A DNA stretch of 64,000 bases, taken from Octopus sinensis. Taxonomy: Eukaryota. Positions 1 through 13,700 of the stretch are shown here, one piece after another. The stretch lies in assembly GCF_006345805.1 (NCBI RefSeq), contig NC_043021.1, positions 11,656,001 to 11,720,000 of the forward strand. The letters run 5' to 3'. A program made the translations under genes and the position numbers. Below the pieces are notes generated by a model, which was not told the origin of the DNA, ran no database searches, and was given only the letters and a program-made list of their open reading frames with translations. How positions within the stretch are numbered: the first letter of the stretch is position 1; every line of letters begins with the position of its first letter.

Positions 1-798
1 TTTATCGACCCTGGTAGAACGAAAGGGAAATTTGGACCTCGGGTGGAATTTGAATCCAGAACATAAAGACGGGTGAAATGCTGCTAAGCTAACGATGCTG
101 TGTGCTAACGATTCTGCCAGTGTGCCACCTGATAACAATAGACTTATGAACAAGTACATGAAAGAGCAACAACTGCATAACAAAATAACAAAACAATATA
201 AAAACAGCAACAATAAATAATAAATAGCAATAATAGGTTTTTTTCAGTCAATTTTGTCAGTTATCCAATCAATTTTTCATATTCTGTTTTAGTTGGGTTT
301 TTTTTTATTTTTTGTCATTTTTATTTATTTTATTCATTCTCCATTGCAATCTATCATACAACCCAATCATATAATTTCAATAATACAGACCAATCATACA
401 GTCTAATCTACTGTCCAATCAAATTGCTTGACTTTTGATTTCCTGTTTTCTTTATATTTGATTAGGTATTTTTTGTTGTTGTTTTCTCTTCTTTTTTTTT
501 GTCCCGAATTATATGTTCACCACTCTTACACACGTGTGTATGTATATGTATGATAGACACAGATATATAATACAATAGTGTGTGTGTGTGCCTTTTATCT
601 GTTATTTGTTTCAGTTGTTGGACTATGGTCCCATGGGGGCACTGCTTTGGAGAATTTTAGTCAGTCAAATTGAACCAAGTACTTATTTTTTTTAAAGCCT
701 GGTGTTCATTTTATTGGTTTCTTTTGATGAACAGAGCTAGAAGGATGTAAACACACCAACACCAGATGTCAAGTGCTGGTAGTAGTAGGACAAACACA

Positions 799-842
<44 letters not shown>

Positions 843-894
843 ACCGACCAGGCTATCAGATGTTGCTACATATCGCTAGTCACAATGCGCTTGA

Positions 895-1265
895 AACAAG
901 AGCACTCAGAGAGCACAAACCTCTGCCAAGGCAACACCAATGTCCTCTCAACGATTAGCCAGAGATGATTTTTAAAATGAGAATATCTGAAATAAACTCG
1001 ACTCCTCCAACAAACAAGAATACTAAAAATGAACCCGACCACTCTCAAAAATTAAGTAAGAAAAACAGGAAAAATAATCCAGAATCCTTGTCTGGTATTG
1101 GATCGATCCCAAAATCTAATTAGTTCGTGCCAGTCATGAGGCCAAACATCCCTGAAAGTTTCATCCGAATCCATACTGCAGTTCTTGAGATATCTTGTCC
1201 ACGAACAAACAAACAAACAAAGATGACTGAAAACAATACCTCCACCTTCGCTAAGACAGAGGTAA
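895..1265 (+). mobile_element. Non-autonomous Helentron/HINE-like element (other copies 15161-15535 +, 30510-30877 -, short relative 41614-41745)
   Basis: Same ~370-bp sequence in three copies; subterminal ACCTC(C)GCCAAGG and 3' hairpin ACCTCCGCCTTCGCTAAGGCGGAGGT. Class inferred from architecture. Confidence 0.55.
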
Positions 1266-1646
1266 TAAAATCGAATAACAATGATAGTTGTTTCATTCTT
1301 GAAATTAAAATGCAAAAAAAAAAAAAAAAATTCTCTTCAGTGTTTCGGACATAAGTCCTTCATTACACAGGAAAGGAAAGCAAACAGCTAGAGAAAAATT
1401 GTAAAGAAACAAAGGGGAAGACCGTTAAGGCAGAAACACTACATGTAGTTATAGCTTGGCATTATCTTGGAGAATGGTTTCAAAGCATAAAAATTTTCCA
1501 CCATGTTGGTGGAGAAAAAAAGCTTAACTCTCAGTTACTATATTTCAGTCGAAATTTGCTACCTTCATTTTAATTAATTTTGAAACTAATTTAGTAGAAT
1601 TTTAGTAAAATAACTTTGTTATTAAGCTGTTTAAAAAAAATTTTTT

Positions 1647-1874
1647 TTAACCCTTTAGTGTTCGCATTATTCTGCCAAAATTAATGCTTCTTCATCTACA
1701 TTGTTTTGAATTAATCATGCATTATCTTGTAGCTATGAGATTTTGATGAGGTAGCTGTTAATTTTTTAAACAATATTGTAGGGTTGGTGTGAGAGACCAG
1801 ATCTGGCCAGTTTGAACATAAAACAGGCAGAATATTTTTGGCCAGATATGGCCGTTTAAATGCTAAAGGGTTAA
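1647..1874. mobile_element. piggyBac-type MITE
   Basis: TTAA-CCCTTTAG ... CTAAAGGG-TTAA termini; related copy at 44709-44935. Confidence 0.65.
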
Positions 1875-2706
1875 TATGGTTTAGCATGGAATTGATGGGT
1901 GATTTTAATTAAAATCATTAGTTAAACAGGAAATTTGAATCATAGAACCTTGGGGGCTTTTTTCAGGCGGATTGGTATTAAAAGGGTTAGGGTTGTGCAT
2001 GTGAAAGAAAGAAAGAAAGAAAACGCAGTAGTGTAGGTAGGGGCAACTCTTGAATTTGTTACCCCCCCCCCCTACTGAGTTCAACTTCACTTTTTGTCCT
2101 TTTAGGGTCAACAAATTAAATACCAGTGAAACACTGGGGTTGATGTAACCGACTAGTCCCCTCACCTCAAATTTCAGGTCTTGTGTCTTTAGTAGAAAGA
2201 TTATAAAATAAAATAAATAAAAATAAATGCGCCCTTTTAAAGCCTAGCCAGGCTCATGGGCCCGGTTTCAATGGCATATGTGTTCCCCAACTGGACAAGA
2301 CGCCAGTCCATCACAGCATTACTCATTTTTGCCAGCTGAGTGGACTGGAGCAACATGAATGAAGTGCTTTGCTCAAGAACACAACGTGTCGCCCACATGA
2401 TGCTGACACCCTAACCACTAAGCCACGTGCCTCCACAGAAAGGATTATTATTATTATTTATTTTATTCATCATTATTTTGTCTATTTTATTTAGTTTTAG
2501 AAAAACTTTAGCATGCCTTTTACATTTCTGGAGCATATTGAACTTATTCTTCTTGTGACTTTTGGCCCACCCTGTATATTTATATATCCTCCTCATCATC
2601 ATTTCTTAATATCCGCCTTCCATACTAGCAATCGGATGGACAGTTTGACAAGAGCTGACCAGGTAGAAAATCATAAACCTGAAAGAGAAGCACACTCTTA
2701 TATCTA

Positions 2707-2737
<31 letters not shown>

Positions 2738-3933
2738 CTCTCTTTCTCTCTCTCTCTATCTCTCTCTCTCTCTCTCTGTAATCCTCAGTCCATCAAGCTA
2801 CTTTTTACTGATAAACAATTATGGATTAAATGTTTATTCACTCTCAGAGTTATTTCTTCTAAGTGGCAAGACATACCCTTTTTTGAATTGGTCACCCTCT
2901 CGAATATATATTCAAATATGTGTGTGTGTGTGTAATCACGCATAGCCATGCAAATACTTGAAAATCTGCATATTAATTTTGCCAATCAATAAGCATCCTG
3001 CTCGTTATATTATGTTAAGAATAAAAAATGAAAAAAAAAAAAAAGAAGAAACATCTGGAGAAATGACAAAATTAACCTTATTGCTCATTCTGGATCTATA
3101 CCAACAGTTCCTTATCCGTGGTTTTTATCCCAAATTGGGATACAGTATAATCCTGAAAGGGTCATTCAAGCAAAACCTTTTTTGATCCTTATATTTCCCC
3201 GTCTGTTTTTCCTTCTCTTCCTTTACACCCACCTTCCTTATCTCTCTGTTTTTTTCCCTTTTCTTTTGTTTGTTTTTCTTCCTCTTCTTTTTTCCCCATC
3301 TGCCGCCCACCTTATATCATTCCCTTGGTTTCCTCTCTCTCCTTCTACCCTGTTATTAATTAAGGTCATTAACCACCTTTGTAATACAGATGTAGTCATT
3401 GATTCTCTGTTCTAATTTTAGATTTAATTTCTGTAATCACACGCACACGTGTGCGTACACACATCTTATCGGCAGACACTTAATGTAGACACACCTACAC
3501 AAATGCATGCAAATACACATATACACAAATACACAAATGCGCATATACGAACATACGCAGGAGTGCACATGCAAATGCACAAACCAATTATGTACATGCA
3601 TGCGAATACACACACACAAACACACGCTCACAGACAGACCTGTTATTTTTGCTGATAATAATGAGGTGCTAATGGCAGGTTGTTAATGAGAAAGATAATT
3701 AAATCAATGCTTCATGCTGACACCAAAGTTGGTAAAACACAAAGCACAACAGGGAAACCATAAGAATTTGGCCCAGGAATCAATATTAGGTTATTATCTG
3801 TGTTAGAGGAGGAAGACTTAGGAAGAATGCCTGATACAGAATCTGTGGTTTCTACAATCAAATGTGTGGGTGTATGTATATATATGTATGTGTGTGTATT
3901 TATATATATGTGTATATATATGTATATATATGT

Positions 3934-3992
<59 letters not shown>

Positions 3993-4074
3993 TATATGTG
4001 TGTATATATATGTATGTATCTGTGTGTGTGTGTGTGTGTATATGTATCTCTGTGTGTGTGTGTGTGTATGTATC

Positions 4075-4133
<59 letters not shown>

Positions 4134-4144
4134 CGTTATTATAC

Positions 4145-4355
4145 AAGTGTTGTAAGTCCAAAAGGTTTTTTTTTTTTTTTGTCTTCAGAAAACGAAAAAA
4201 TAGTTTCACCATTCCATTTTCTTTTTTTTACAATAGCAACAGTTTCAGCTTAACAATAATACTTTGTTGGGTGCATAAAATCAGAACTCCATGCATGTTA
4301 CTTTCAGTCAGAAGCATTTTTGCAAAACTGTTGTATGTGGGACTTACAACACTTT
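4145..4355. mobile_element. Small MITE-like inverted repeat
   Basis: AAGTGTTGTAAGTCC at the left end and its reverse complement GGACTTACAACACTT at the right end. Confidence 0.4.
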
Positions 4356-4991
4356 CATAAAATGTTAAACCATTATACTGCACTTTGACAAATTTTGATA
4401 TCTTGGCATTTGAAGCAGCTGGAGATACGATAGTTTGACCGGAAGAACCAGCTATTGCAAGCATAAACCTCAAATGCCTAGGAGGGTCCACCTTAGTAAA
4501 ACAGAAATCAAAGGGGTCCACAGGCAAAAAATGGTTGAGAATCACTGATTTAGATTATTGTCAAATGTAATCCCTATTTATCCACGTTGTTTTTGGCTTA
4601 ATCGTGCATTATCTTATATCTTTGAGATTTTGATAATTTGATTATTTATTTCTACAATGACATTGTAGGGTAGGTGTGAGAGCTCAGATGTGGCTGGTTT
4701 AAGCACCAAAGGCTTAAATGTGAATTTGTTTAAATTGTTTGATAGTTGAATAAACTTTTGGCAAGACCGTGTAGCTGTTGCACTGTTGTTGTGTCACTAG
4801 ACAATACAAGGCCATTATGCTGTTGTTATCTCACTGGAAAAGACAAGCTGCTACACTGTTCTGTCACTGGAGAAGGCAAGCCATTATACTCTTGTCAATC
4901 GTTCGACCCATGCCTGCATGGAAGATGGATGTCAAACAATGATGATGATGATTACATATATACATATATATATATAATATGTATATATACA

Positions 4992-5022
<31 letters not shown>

Positions 5023-6249
5023 GGGTCTTCCCTTTGAACGTTGGGCCTCATGGAGGCAAAGTGGCTGGGTGCCTTTCGAGTTTTGGGCCTCACTGAAGTG
5101 AGGTGGCTGAGTCCCTTTTGAGCATTGGGCCTCATGGAGGCAAAGTGGCTGAGTTCCTTTTGAGTGTTGGGCCTCACAGAGACGATGACCAAGATCTTTG
5201 GCACTATGTCGTGCTTGAGAAGACCCATCAAGCTGAGCAAAATTACAGTCGTGAAAGATACCGGTGTAACGCAAATGGCACCCATGCCAGTGGCACGTAA
5301 AAGCATCCGTTACACGCTTGGAGTGGGTGGCATTAGGAAAGGCATCAAGCTGTAGAAACCATGCCAAATCAGACTGGAACCTGGCACAGCCTTCCAGCAT
5401 GCCAGCTCAATCAAACCATCCAACCCATGCCAGCAGGGACAACGGATGTTAAATGATGAAGATGATATACACACGCAAACAAACACACTATTTATTAAAG
5501 CCCAAAACGATCTTCACAAACTATTACTCAGTCTCACATGACTGATCGTTGGACAGTTACGATGATACTGTATCACTGCAATTGTCCAATGGACAGCCAC
5601 ATGAAACTGTGTAACAGTTTGTGAAGATTTTTTTCCGGCTTTAATAAACAGTACATTACTCTACCTTTGGTATTCGAGTACTATTTTTCACTACCTTGTT
5701 TTGCATTTGTGTGCTTACTATTGTGTGTGTGTGTGTGTGTGTGTGTGTGCATACATACACACACACACACATATATATATGTATGTGTATGTATGTACAC
5801 ACATATACATAAACATACCTATGTGCATGTATATATCTATATAAAAACATACCCACCCACTCCACCTTAAGTAGAAAACAAATATACAATAGAAAAAAAA
5901 ACAGTTAAAAGCCACAAATGAAACAGTTGGAGAGAGAGAGAGAGAGAGAGAGAGAAAGAAACATAAAGCTAAATGTTATTTCAAGTTTTAGCAGACTTCA
6001 AGTTGCAACAAGCCAAATATTTTCATAGTGCCTACCATTACACACACACACACACACACACAAATGTTTGTGTATTGCTGTTAGACTTACTGCACTGCCT
6101 GGTTAAAAGACCACCACCGCCACCCACCTGGCTATTCTCCATATGGACGTTTTTTCCTCGTTTTCTTTTTTATGACTTCAGAGAAAGCAAGAAAAGCAGT
6201 GGCCAAGACCTTTAGCAAGACCTCTGGTATTAGTTGTTGTGAATGTGGT

Positions 6250-6920
6250 GGAGGTGACAGAGGTGGTGGATGTGGTGACAGTGGTGGATGTGGTTACAGT
6301 GGTGGATGTGGTAGTAACAGGGGTGGGGGTGGATGTGGTGACAGTGGTGGATGTGGTAGTAACAGGGGTGGGGTGGATGTGGTGACAGTGGTGGATGTGG
6401 TTACAGTGGTGGATATGGTAGTAACGGGGGTGGGGGTGGATGTGGTGACAGTGGTGGATGTGGTTACAGTGGTGGATATGGTAGTAACAGGGGTGGGGGT
6501 GGATGTGGTGACAGTGGTGGATGTGGTTACAGTGGTGGATATGGTAGTAACGGGGGTGGGGGTGGATGTGGTTACAGTGGTGGATGTGGTAGTAACAGGG
6601 GTGGGGGTGGATGTGGTGACAGTGGTGGATGTGGTTACAGTGGTGGATATGGTAGTAACAGGGGTGGGGGTGATGTGGTGACAGTGGTGGATGTGGTTAC
6701 AGTGGTGGATATGGTAGTAACGGGGGTGGGGGTGGATGTGGTGACAGTGGTGGATGTGGTGACAGTGGTGGATGTGGTACAGTGGTGGATGTGGTGACAG
6801 TGGTGGATATGGTAGTAACGGGGGTGGGGGTGGATGTGGTGACAGTGGTGGATGTGGTTACAGTGGTGGATATGGTAGTAACGGGGTTGGGGTGGATGTG
6901 GTGACAGTGGTGGGGATGGT
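6250..6920 (+). repeat. G-rich minisatellite with 18/18/27-bp subunits (~63-bp higher-order unit)
   Basis: Repeated gtggtggatgtggtgaca / gtggtggatgtggttaca / gtggtggatatggtagtaacggggg. Confidence 0.9.
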
Positions 6921-8618
6921 AGCAGTTGTGGTGGTATTGGAGGGAAATAGATCACAGGACTTCACACCTGGCCTTTACCTTTTACTCATTGCAGTCATTA
7001 GATGGCAGTCAAGCTGGAGCACTACCTTGAAGGGCTTCTGTAAAAAAAAAATAATCAACCAGTACTTATTTTTAAAAATTTGATACTTACCCTATTGGTC
7101 TCATTTTTGCACATCTGAAGTTCCAAGGATGTAAATAAACCAACACTGGTTGTTACGCAGTGATAGGGAACACTGACAGCAACAGACACAGAAGTTCTAT
7201 CTACCAAATTCACTCACAAGGCATAAGTTGGCCCAGGACTATAGTAAAAGATGTTTGCCCAAGGTACTGTGCAGTGGAATTGAACTCAAAACTATGTGGT
7301 TGTAAAGCAAGCTTAACCCCATAGCCATGACTGCATCTGAATTCTTGCAATAGAATTAGCTCTAAAGACGCCCAACTGGCAGGTTGGTGGTGGTGATATT
7401 TAACGAATTGATCCATTAAGTCTAACCACGCAAGAACAGAAACGAGTGTGGGGCATCAGACACTGCTTCACAGATTCCTTCATCTAGGTTTCCACTTATG
7501 AAGCTTGTGTTGGATTGAGGTGAAGACCAAAAAAACTTGTCCAAGGTTCCATGCACTAATATCAAACCTTGAACATGATTGTGAAGCAAACACTTTAAAT
7601 CCTTAGCATTTAAACTGACCATAACCAGATCAAATATTCTACCTGTTTCATTTTCTAATTGGGCAGTGTAATAGCTTGTCTTGTCCAGTGACATAACAAC
7701 AGGGTAATGGTTTGTCTTGTTCGGTGACATAACAAGTGTGATGGCTCACCTTGTCCAGTGACATAGCAACAAATCGCCAGGTCTGGTCAGCGTTTGTGAG
7801 AGATGCAGCATTGAGGATGAATGAAGCTAGCTCAATCCACCCCGGGTGAATGCTGTCTCAAGTCAAGAAGAAAGAAGAAGACTCGAGGATTTACAGTACT
7901 ACTATATATGTGTGTGTGTGTGTGTATGTGGCAAGGAATGTGATGATGATAATGAAGATAATGGTATATCCACATGCATATGCATTTACTGGCTTGCCAT
8001 TGGTTACAGTGATGTGTGTTCCAGTTGATCCGAGCAACAGAAAACAGCCTGCTCATGAAATTAACGTGCAAGTGGCCGAGTGCTCCATGCACATGCATAC
8101 CCCCCAACGAAGTTCTCAGGGAGATTCAGCAGAGCGCACCGAATGTAACAAGGCTGGTCCCTTTGAAATACAACTCATTTTTGCTTACTGAGTGGATTGG
8201 GGCAACATGAAATAAAGAGTCTTGCTGAAGGACTCAATGCACCGCCGGGGAAACGAACTCACGACCTTATGCTCGTGTTTTGTATATCCTCCACATGCCT
8301 TGACATGCACATACAGACATTCATGCGTGCACACATGTGGCATTTTGGATACTTGACATATATGCTAGAAAGATTAATCTCCCAGAAAAGAAAGCAGAAA
8401 GCAAACCCCTCCTCTCCATCTCGCCACTGGTCTCTCTCTGTCTGCCTGCTTTCTGACCTTTTTCAGAAATATCTGCACACTGGTGGTGGTGGTGGTGGTG
8501 GTGGTACTGCTGTTGGTGGTGGTGATGGTATGCTTTCTCACTTTCCTTTGATTTATCTATTTGATCAGTGTTTGAGAAAGTCTTTTTTATTTCATCTTCA
8601 TATGTGGTATTTGTATGC

Positions 8619-8658
<40 letters not shown>

Positions 8659-8659
<1 letters not shown>

Positions 8660-8940
8660 GAGGCGCAATGGTCCAGTGGTTAGGGCAGCGGACTCACGGT
8701 TTCGATTCCCAGACCGGGCATTGTGTTTATTGAGCAAAAACACCTAAAGCTCCTCGAGGCTCCAGCAGGGGGGGGGGGGGGCGATCCCTGCTGTACTCTT
8801 TCGCCGCAACTTTCTCTCACTCTTTCTTCTGTTGGCCAGCGGGGTGGCATCATTTGAAGGCTAAAACAATGCAAAGCGCATTGTGACCAGCGATGTGTAG
8901 CAACATCTGATAGCCTGGTCGGTCACGGTGATCACGTGAT
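8659..8940 (+). mobile_element. tRNA-derived SINE family A (copies 11871-12162, 17288-17490, 53845-54224 -, 55277-55410)
   Basis: A box TGGYCCAGTGG and B-box-like GTTTCGATTCC, followed by a shared body (GAGCRAAAACACCTAAAGCTCC). Confidence 0.8.
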
Positions 8941-9295
8941 ATATATATATATATATAGGTGCAGGAGTGGCTGTGTGGTAAGTAGCTTGCTTACCAACCA
9001 CATGGTTCCGGGTTCAGTCTTCTACTATAGCCTCGGGCTAACCGAAGCCTTGCGAGTGGATTTGGTAGATGGAAACTGAAAGAAGACTGTCGTGTATATG
9101 TATGTGTGTTTCTGTGTTTGTTCCCCCAACATCGCTTGACAACTGATGGTGGTGTGTTTATGTCCCCGTAACTTAGCGGTTCAGCAAAAGAGACCAATAG
9201 AATAAGTACTAGGCTTACAAAGAATAAGTCCTGCGGTGCTCCAGCATGGCTGCAATCAAATAACTGAAACAAGTAAAAGAGAGTGTGTGTGTGTG

Positions 9296-9331
<36 letters not shown>

Positions 9332-10021
9332 GTGTAGGTGCTGGCATAGCCATGTGGTCAAGAAGTTTGCTTCTCAGCCATGTGGTCTAGTGTTCAGTCC
9401 CACTGTGTGGTGCCTTGCTGGACATGTGCTTTCTACTATAGCCCTGGGCCAACTAAAGCCTTGTGAGTGGATCCTGTAGATGAAAACTGAAAGAAGCTCA
9501 TTGTATATGAGGTCTGCCCGGAAAGTAATGGGACTGGGTGTGCTGTGTGATTTATGGGCATTGTCTACAGTGAGCCCTTGCCATAGGACCAGTCACTCAA
9601 TCAGCAGGTCTACAAAGAAATCCTGCAGTGTTTGCTTCACTCGGTGCATGAGAAAAGTTGTGGAAGGACAAATTGTGACTGCTTCACCATGACAATGCAT
9701 CTGCTCCCAACACCCTGGGCATCTGTAATTCACCTTTGGAAACATGGGTGTTTCATTCATCGTCCTTAAACAAACCTTATTGAGGGACCTTTGGAGCTGG
9801 ATGGGCTACTCAAACTGAAGAAAATTCTAACTGGACCCCAGCTGCAAGGTTATGTGTATGTTTATCTTGATATGAGATCACCATATCATGCGCATATAAT
9901 TGTGGTGCATGTGCCTGGGGTACCCTTATCAGATGGGTGGTCATGATGGGTATATTGGGGCTTTGTATATTTGTACCCCAGTGTCACTTTGATGGCATGC
10001 ACTGCTCTCTCATTCAATAAT

Positions 10022-10466
10022 AATGATCATCATCATCATTGTTCGACCGTGGTCGAGACAATGGAATTTACCATGCTACGCCAGACTTCACGGTCCATCA
10101 TGGCATTACGGAGGTCCTGTTGCTGGATGCCTGTATCCCTGGAGATTACATCAGGGTAGGAGAGTGTGTGCCCTCTGGTATTGCGAGTAGATGGCTTCCA
10201 GAGGAGAAGAGTAGAAATTACTTCTTTTTCATCTCTACAACAATGTCCAGCAAACTGGACTCTCCTACTTTTCACAAGAGATGACACAGGTGGTAGTTTC
10301 CCATATATTTGCATTTTGGTTGGATGGCGCTTCCACGAGAGATTTTGAGCTCTCATAAGGAGGCGAGTGTAGGTTCCATCCAACCGCCTCTCAAGCTTCT
10401 TTGATAACGTCCAGGTTTCTGAGCCATATAGTAGAATTGGTTCGACTGTGGCTTTGAAGATTTCAA
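10022..10466 (-). mobile_element. 5'-truncated RTE-clade LINE, ORF2 C-terminus
   Basis: Open frame IFKATVEPILLYGSETW...RRVQFAGHC...MMDREVWRSMV, ending in a (TGA)n tail. Confidence 0.85.
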
Positions 10467-10486
10467 AGCCATAATAATGATAATAA

Positions 10487-10732
10487 TTGGTTCACTGGAA
10501 GCTGTCTCATAAGTATGACATGAGCAGAAGTGGGAAATTATATGAGCACCAACTGGAAAGGGTTGCTGAAAATGAACAATATAAAATCTTGTGGGACATG
10601 ATTATCCAGCGTAACTGTTTTACTGTGGCTAGAAAACCTGACATTGTTGTCGTAGAAAAGAAGAACAAAGCAATTATTGTGGATATTGCTTCACCATGGG
10701 ACCACAGGGTGAATGAGAAGGAAAGTGAGAGT
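10487..10732 (+). mobile_element. R4/Dong-like non-LTR fragment, restriction-like endonuclease domain
   Basis: VHWKL...KILWD...ARKPDIVVVEK...IIVDIASPWD...EKE (PD-D-type motif), next to (TAA)n. Related scraps at about 30430-30505 (-) and 31645-31715 (-). Confidence 0.75.
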
Positions 10733-12909
10733 TTCAAGCTTTCTGATAGGATAGGCCCAGCCTTTTTCTCACTTTCCGAAATCATTGGCATACTGGATCA
10801 ACCTCCCAGTTCACCTGATCTTGCTCCATGTGACATTTTTTTTTTCTTTTCCCCAAGCTCAATGGGATCATCAAAGGGACTCATTTTGAAGGCATGGAGC
10901 CCATCAAGAGGGCCGTAATGATTGAACTGAGGGGCATATAAAAGCATGGCAGAGAAGGGTGCAAAAGTGCATTTGACTCGACGGGGATTACTTTGAAAGG
11001 GAACCCATATAGTTTGCTGTTTGAAATTGAAATAAATTGTTTGTGACACCAATCATTACAGAGCTCGAATATACATGAGTGTGTGTGTGTGTGTGTTCTG
11101 TTAGCAGCACTTGACAACCTATGTTAGTTTGTTTACATCCCCATAATTTAGCAGTTTGGTAAAACAGACTGATGGTTATAAGTACAAAACTTAAAAATAA
11201 GTATTGGGGTTGACTGGGTGGGGATGGGGTCAACTGCCTTGATACTCTTAAAGGCAGTGCTCCAGTATGGCTGCAGTCCAATGACTGAAACAAGTAAAAA
11301 AATTAAGGATGTATCTGTATCTATCCATTTTTCTGTGTGTGTTTATATATGTGTGTGTATGTATATGTGTGCATATGTGTGTGTGTGTATGTACTTGTGT
11401 GTGCATATGTATTTACATGTGTGCATATGTATGTACATGTTTGTATGTGTGTGTGAATGTATGTATGTGTGTATATATGTGTATGTATGTGTGTGCATAT
11501 GTGTATGTATGTGTGTTTGTGTATATGTTTATATTAATGCCATAAATATACCGCATGGTAGCAAGAAAATACTCTGTGTTTAAAAGGATTTATAAAGAAC
11601 TGACAGAAAACAGATAAAAAAAATATTCATTTTATACAATGCCAGTCCATGAATAAGTAATTTTATTGTTCTGTCTCATGCTAGAACATTATTTCATGGA
11701 TAGTTGTTCTCTCACAATTCTATGTCGAAGCACATATCTTGCTCCATTTTCCACTTTGATCTTCTGAAAGTCTGTGACAAAGTTGATGGTCTCTCAAGCA
11801 TCTGCTTACCAATGTCATAGCTTTTATCCTTGACATAGCATTGATCTCATCCACTGCTGCTGTGTTGTAGAGGCACATGGCCTAGTGGTTAGAGCAGCGG
11901 ACTCGCTGTAGAGGGATTGCGGGTTCGAATCTCAGATCAGGTGATGTGTGTGTTTATGAGCGAAACACCTAAACTCCACACAGAAGGTATAATGGCGAAC
12001 TTCTGCTGACTCTTTCGCCACAACTTTCTCTCACACTTTCCTCCTGCATCTTGCAGCTCACCTGCGACGAACCGGCATCCCGTCCAGGTGGGGAACCTAT
12101 ACGCCAAGGAAACCGGGAAACCGGCCCTTATGAGCCAAGCATGGCTCGAGAAGGAACAAGCAACTGCCGCTGTGTTGCAGCTTGTCTTTGCAAAACTGCA
12201 CATTTCACATTCTTCAGACTGTACAAAAATGGTTGTAAGAAAGTAATCTTTTCTCTTTTTTCTCTTTTTACTTGTTTCAGTCATTTGACTGTGGCCATGC
12301 TGGAGCACCGCCTTTAGTCGAGCAAATCGACCCCAGGACTTATTCTTTGGAAGCCTAGTACTTATTCTATCGATCTCTTTTGCCGAACCGCTAAGTTACG
12401 GGGACGTAAACACACCAGCATCAGTTGTCAAACGATGTTGAGAGGACAAACACAGACACACAAGCACACACACACACACATACACACATATATATATACA
12501 TATATACGACAGGCTTCTTTCAGTTTCCGTCTACCAAATCCACTCACAAGGCTTTGGTCGGCCCGAGGCTATAGTAGAAGACACTTGCCCAAGGTACCAC
12601 GCAGTGGGACTGAACCCGGGACCATGTGGTTGGTAAGCAAGTATTTTTCTAAAAATGATGGAATTGGAGGAAACTTGTCTTGTATCTAGCACCTTAAGTC
12701 TTTGCTTGTTATTGGTGGTCCATAGGCGTTGCTGTGTAGAGGTGCAGACATTGGTGTGTTCTAAGAAGCTTGCTTCACAATCACATGCTTCTCTGTTCAG
12801 TCCCACTGTGTGCCACCTTGGGCAAGTGTCTTCTACTGTATCCTCAGGCTGACCAAAGCCTGCTAAGTGGATTTGGTAGGCAGAAACTGAAAGAAACCTG
12901 TTATATATA

Positions 12910-12947
<38 letters not shown>

Positions 12948-13112
12948 TAGGGAAAGTTTACGAAAAAAACAAAAGACGAAGACAGGTGGTGTACAAAACA
13001 ACAGATGTATTAGTATAACGCTCAGGAATAGAAAAAGTCTTTTACGTTTCGAGCCTACGCTCTTCTACAGAAAGGTATACAGAAAAAACAAAGAGAGAAA
13101 AACATGTGTGTA

Positions 13113-13154
<42 letters not shown>

Positions 13155-13700
13155 ATGTATATGTGTGTGTATGTATGTGTGTGTGTATGTATGTGTGTGT
13201 GTATATATGTGTGTATGTATGTGTGTGTGTGTATATGTGTGTATGTATGTGTGTGTGTGTGTGTGTGTGTATGTAGTGTGTGTGTGTGTGTATATGTATG
13301 TGTGTGTGTGTGTGTGTATGTGTGTATGTATGTGTGGTGTGTGTGTATGTGTGTGTGTGTGTATGTATATGTGTGTGTATGTATGTGTGTGTATGTATAT
13401 GTGTGTGTGTGTGTATGTGTGTGTATGTATATGTGTGTGTGTGTATGTATATGTGTGTGTGTGTGTGTATGTATATATGTGTGTGTGTGTATATATATGT
13501 GTGTGTGTGTATGTATATATGTGTGTGTGTATGTATATGTGTGTGTGTATGTATATATGTGTGTGTGTGTATGTATATATGTGTGTGTGTGTGTATGTAT
13601 ATATGTGTGTGTGTGTGTGTATGTATATGTGTGTGTGTGTGTATGTATATATGTGTATGTGTGTATATATGTGTATGCACATATGTTTTATATGTGTGTG
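13113..13700. repeat. Compound (TA)n/(TG)n microsatellite (similar tracts at 3865-4132, 11335-11530, 36780-37055)
   Basis: Direct inspection. Confidence 0.95.

Larger units (their letters stand above)
9506..11070 (+). mobile_element. Decayed mariner element interrupted by nested insertions
   Basis: TA plus TIR-like TGAGGTCTGCCCGGAAAGTAATGGGACTG; NQQVYKEIL...LLHHDNA at 9679-9699; resumes as QPPSSPDLAPCD at about 10800 (mariner YSPDLAPxD motif); eroded right TIR at about 11046-11070. Confidence 0.8.

Noticed and set aside
4228-4545. 105-aa minus-strand ORF with ordinary composition
   Set aside because: Starts in a hAT-like terminus, crosses a MITE-like repeat and matches no protein family I recognise.
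6172-7083. Gly/Cys-rich or Val-rich repetitive ORFs resembling structural proteins
   Set aside because: They are translations of the minisatellite, with frame changes between units and no supporting exon structure.
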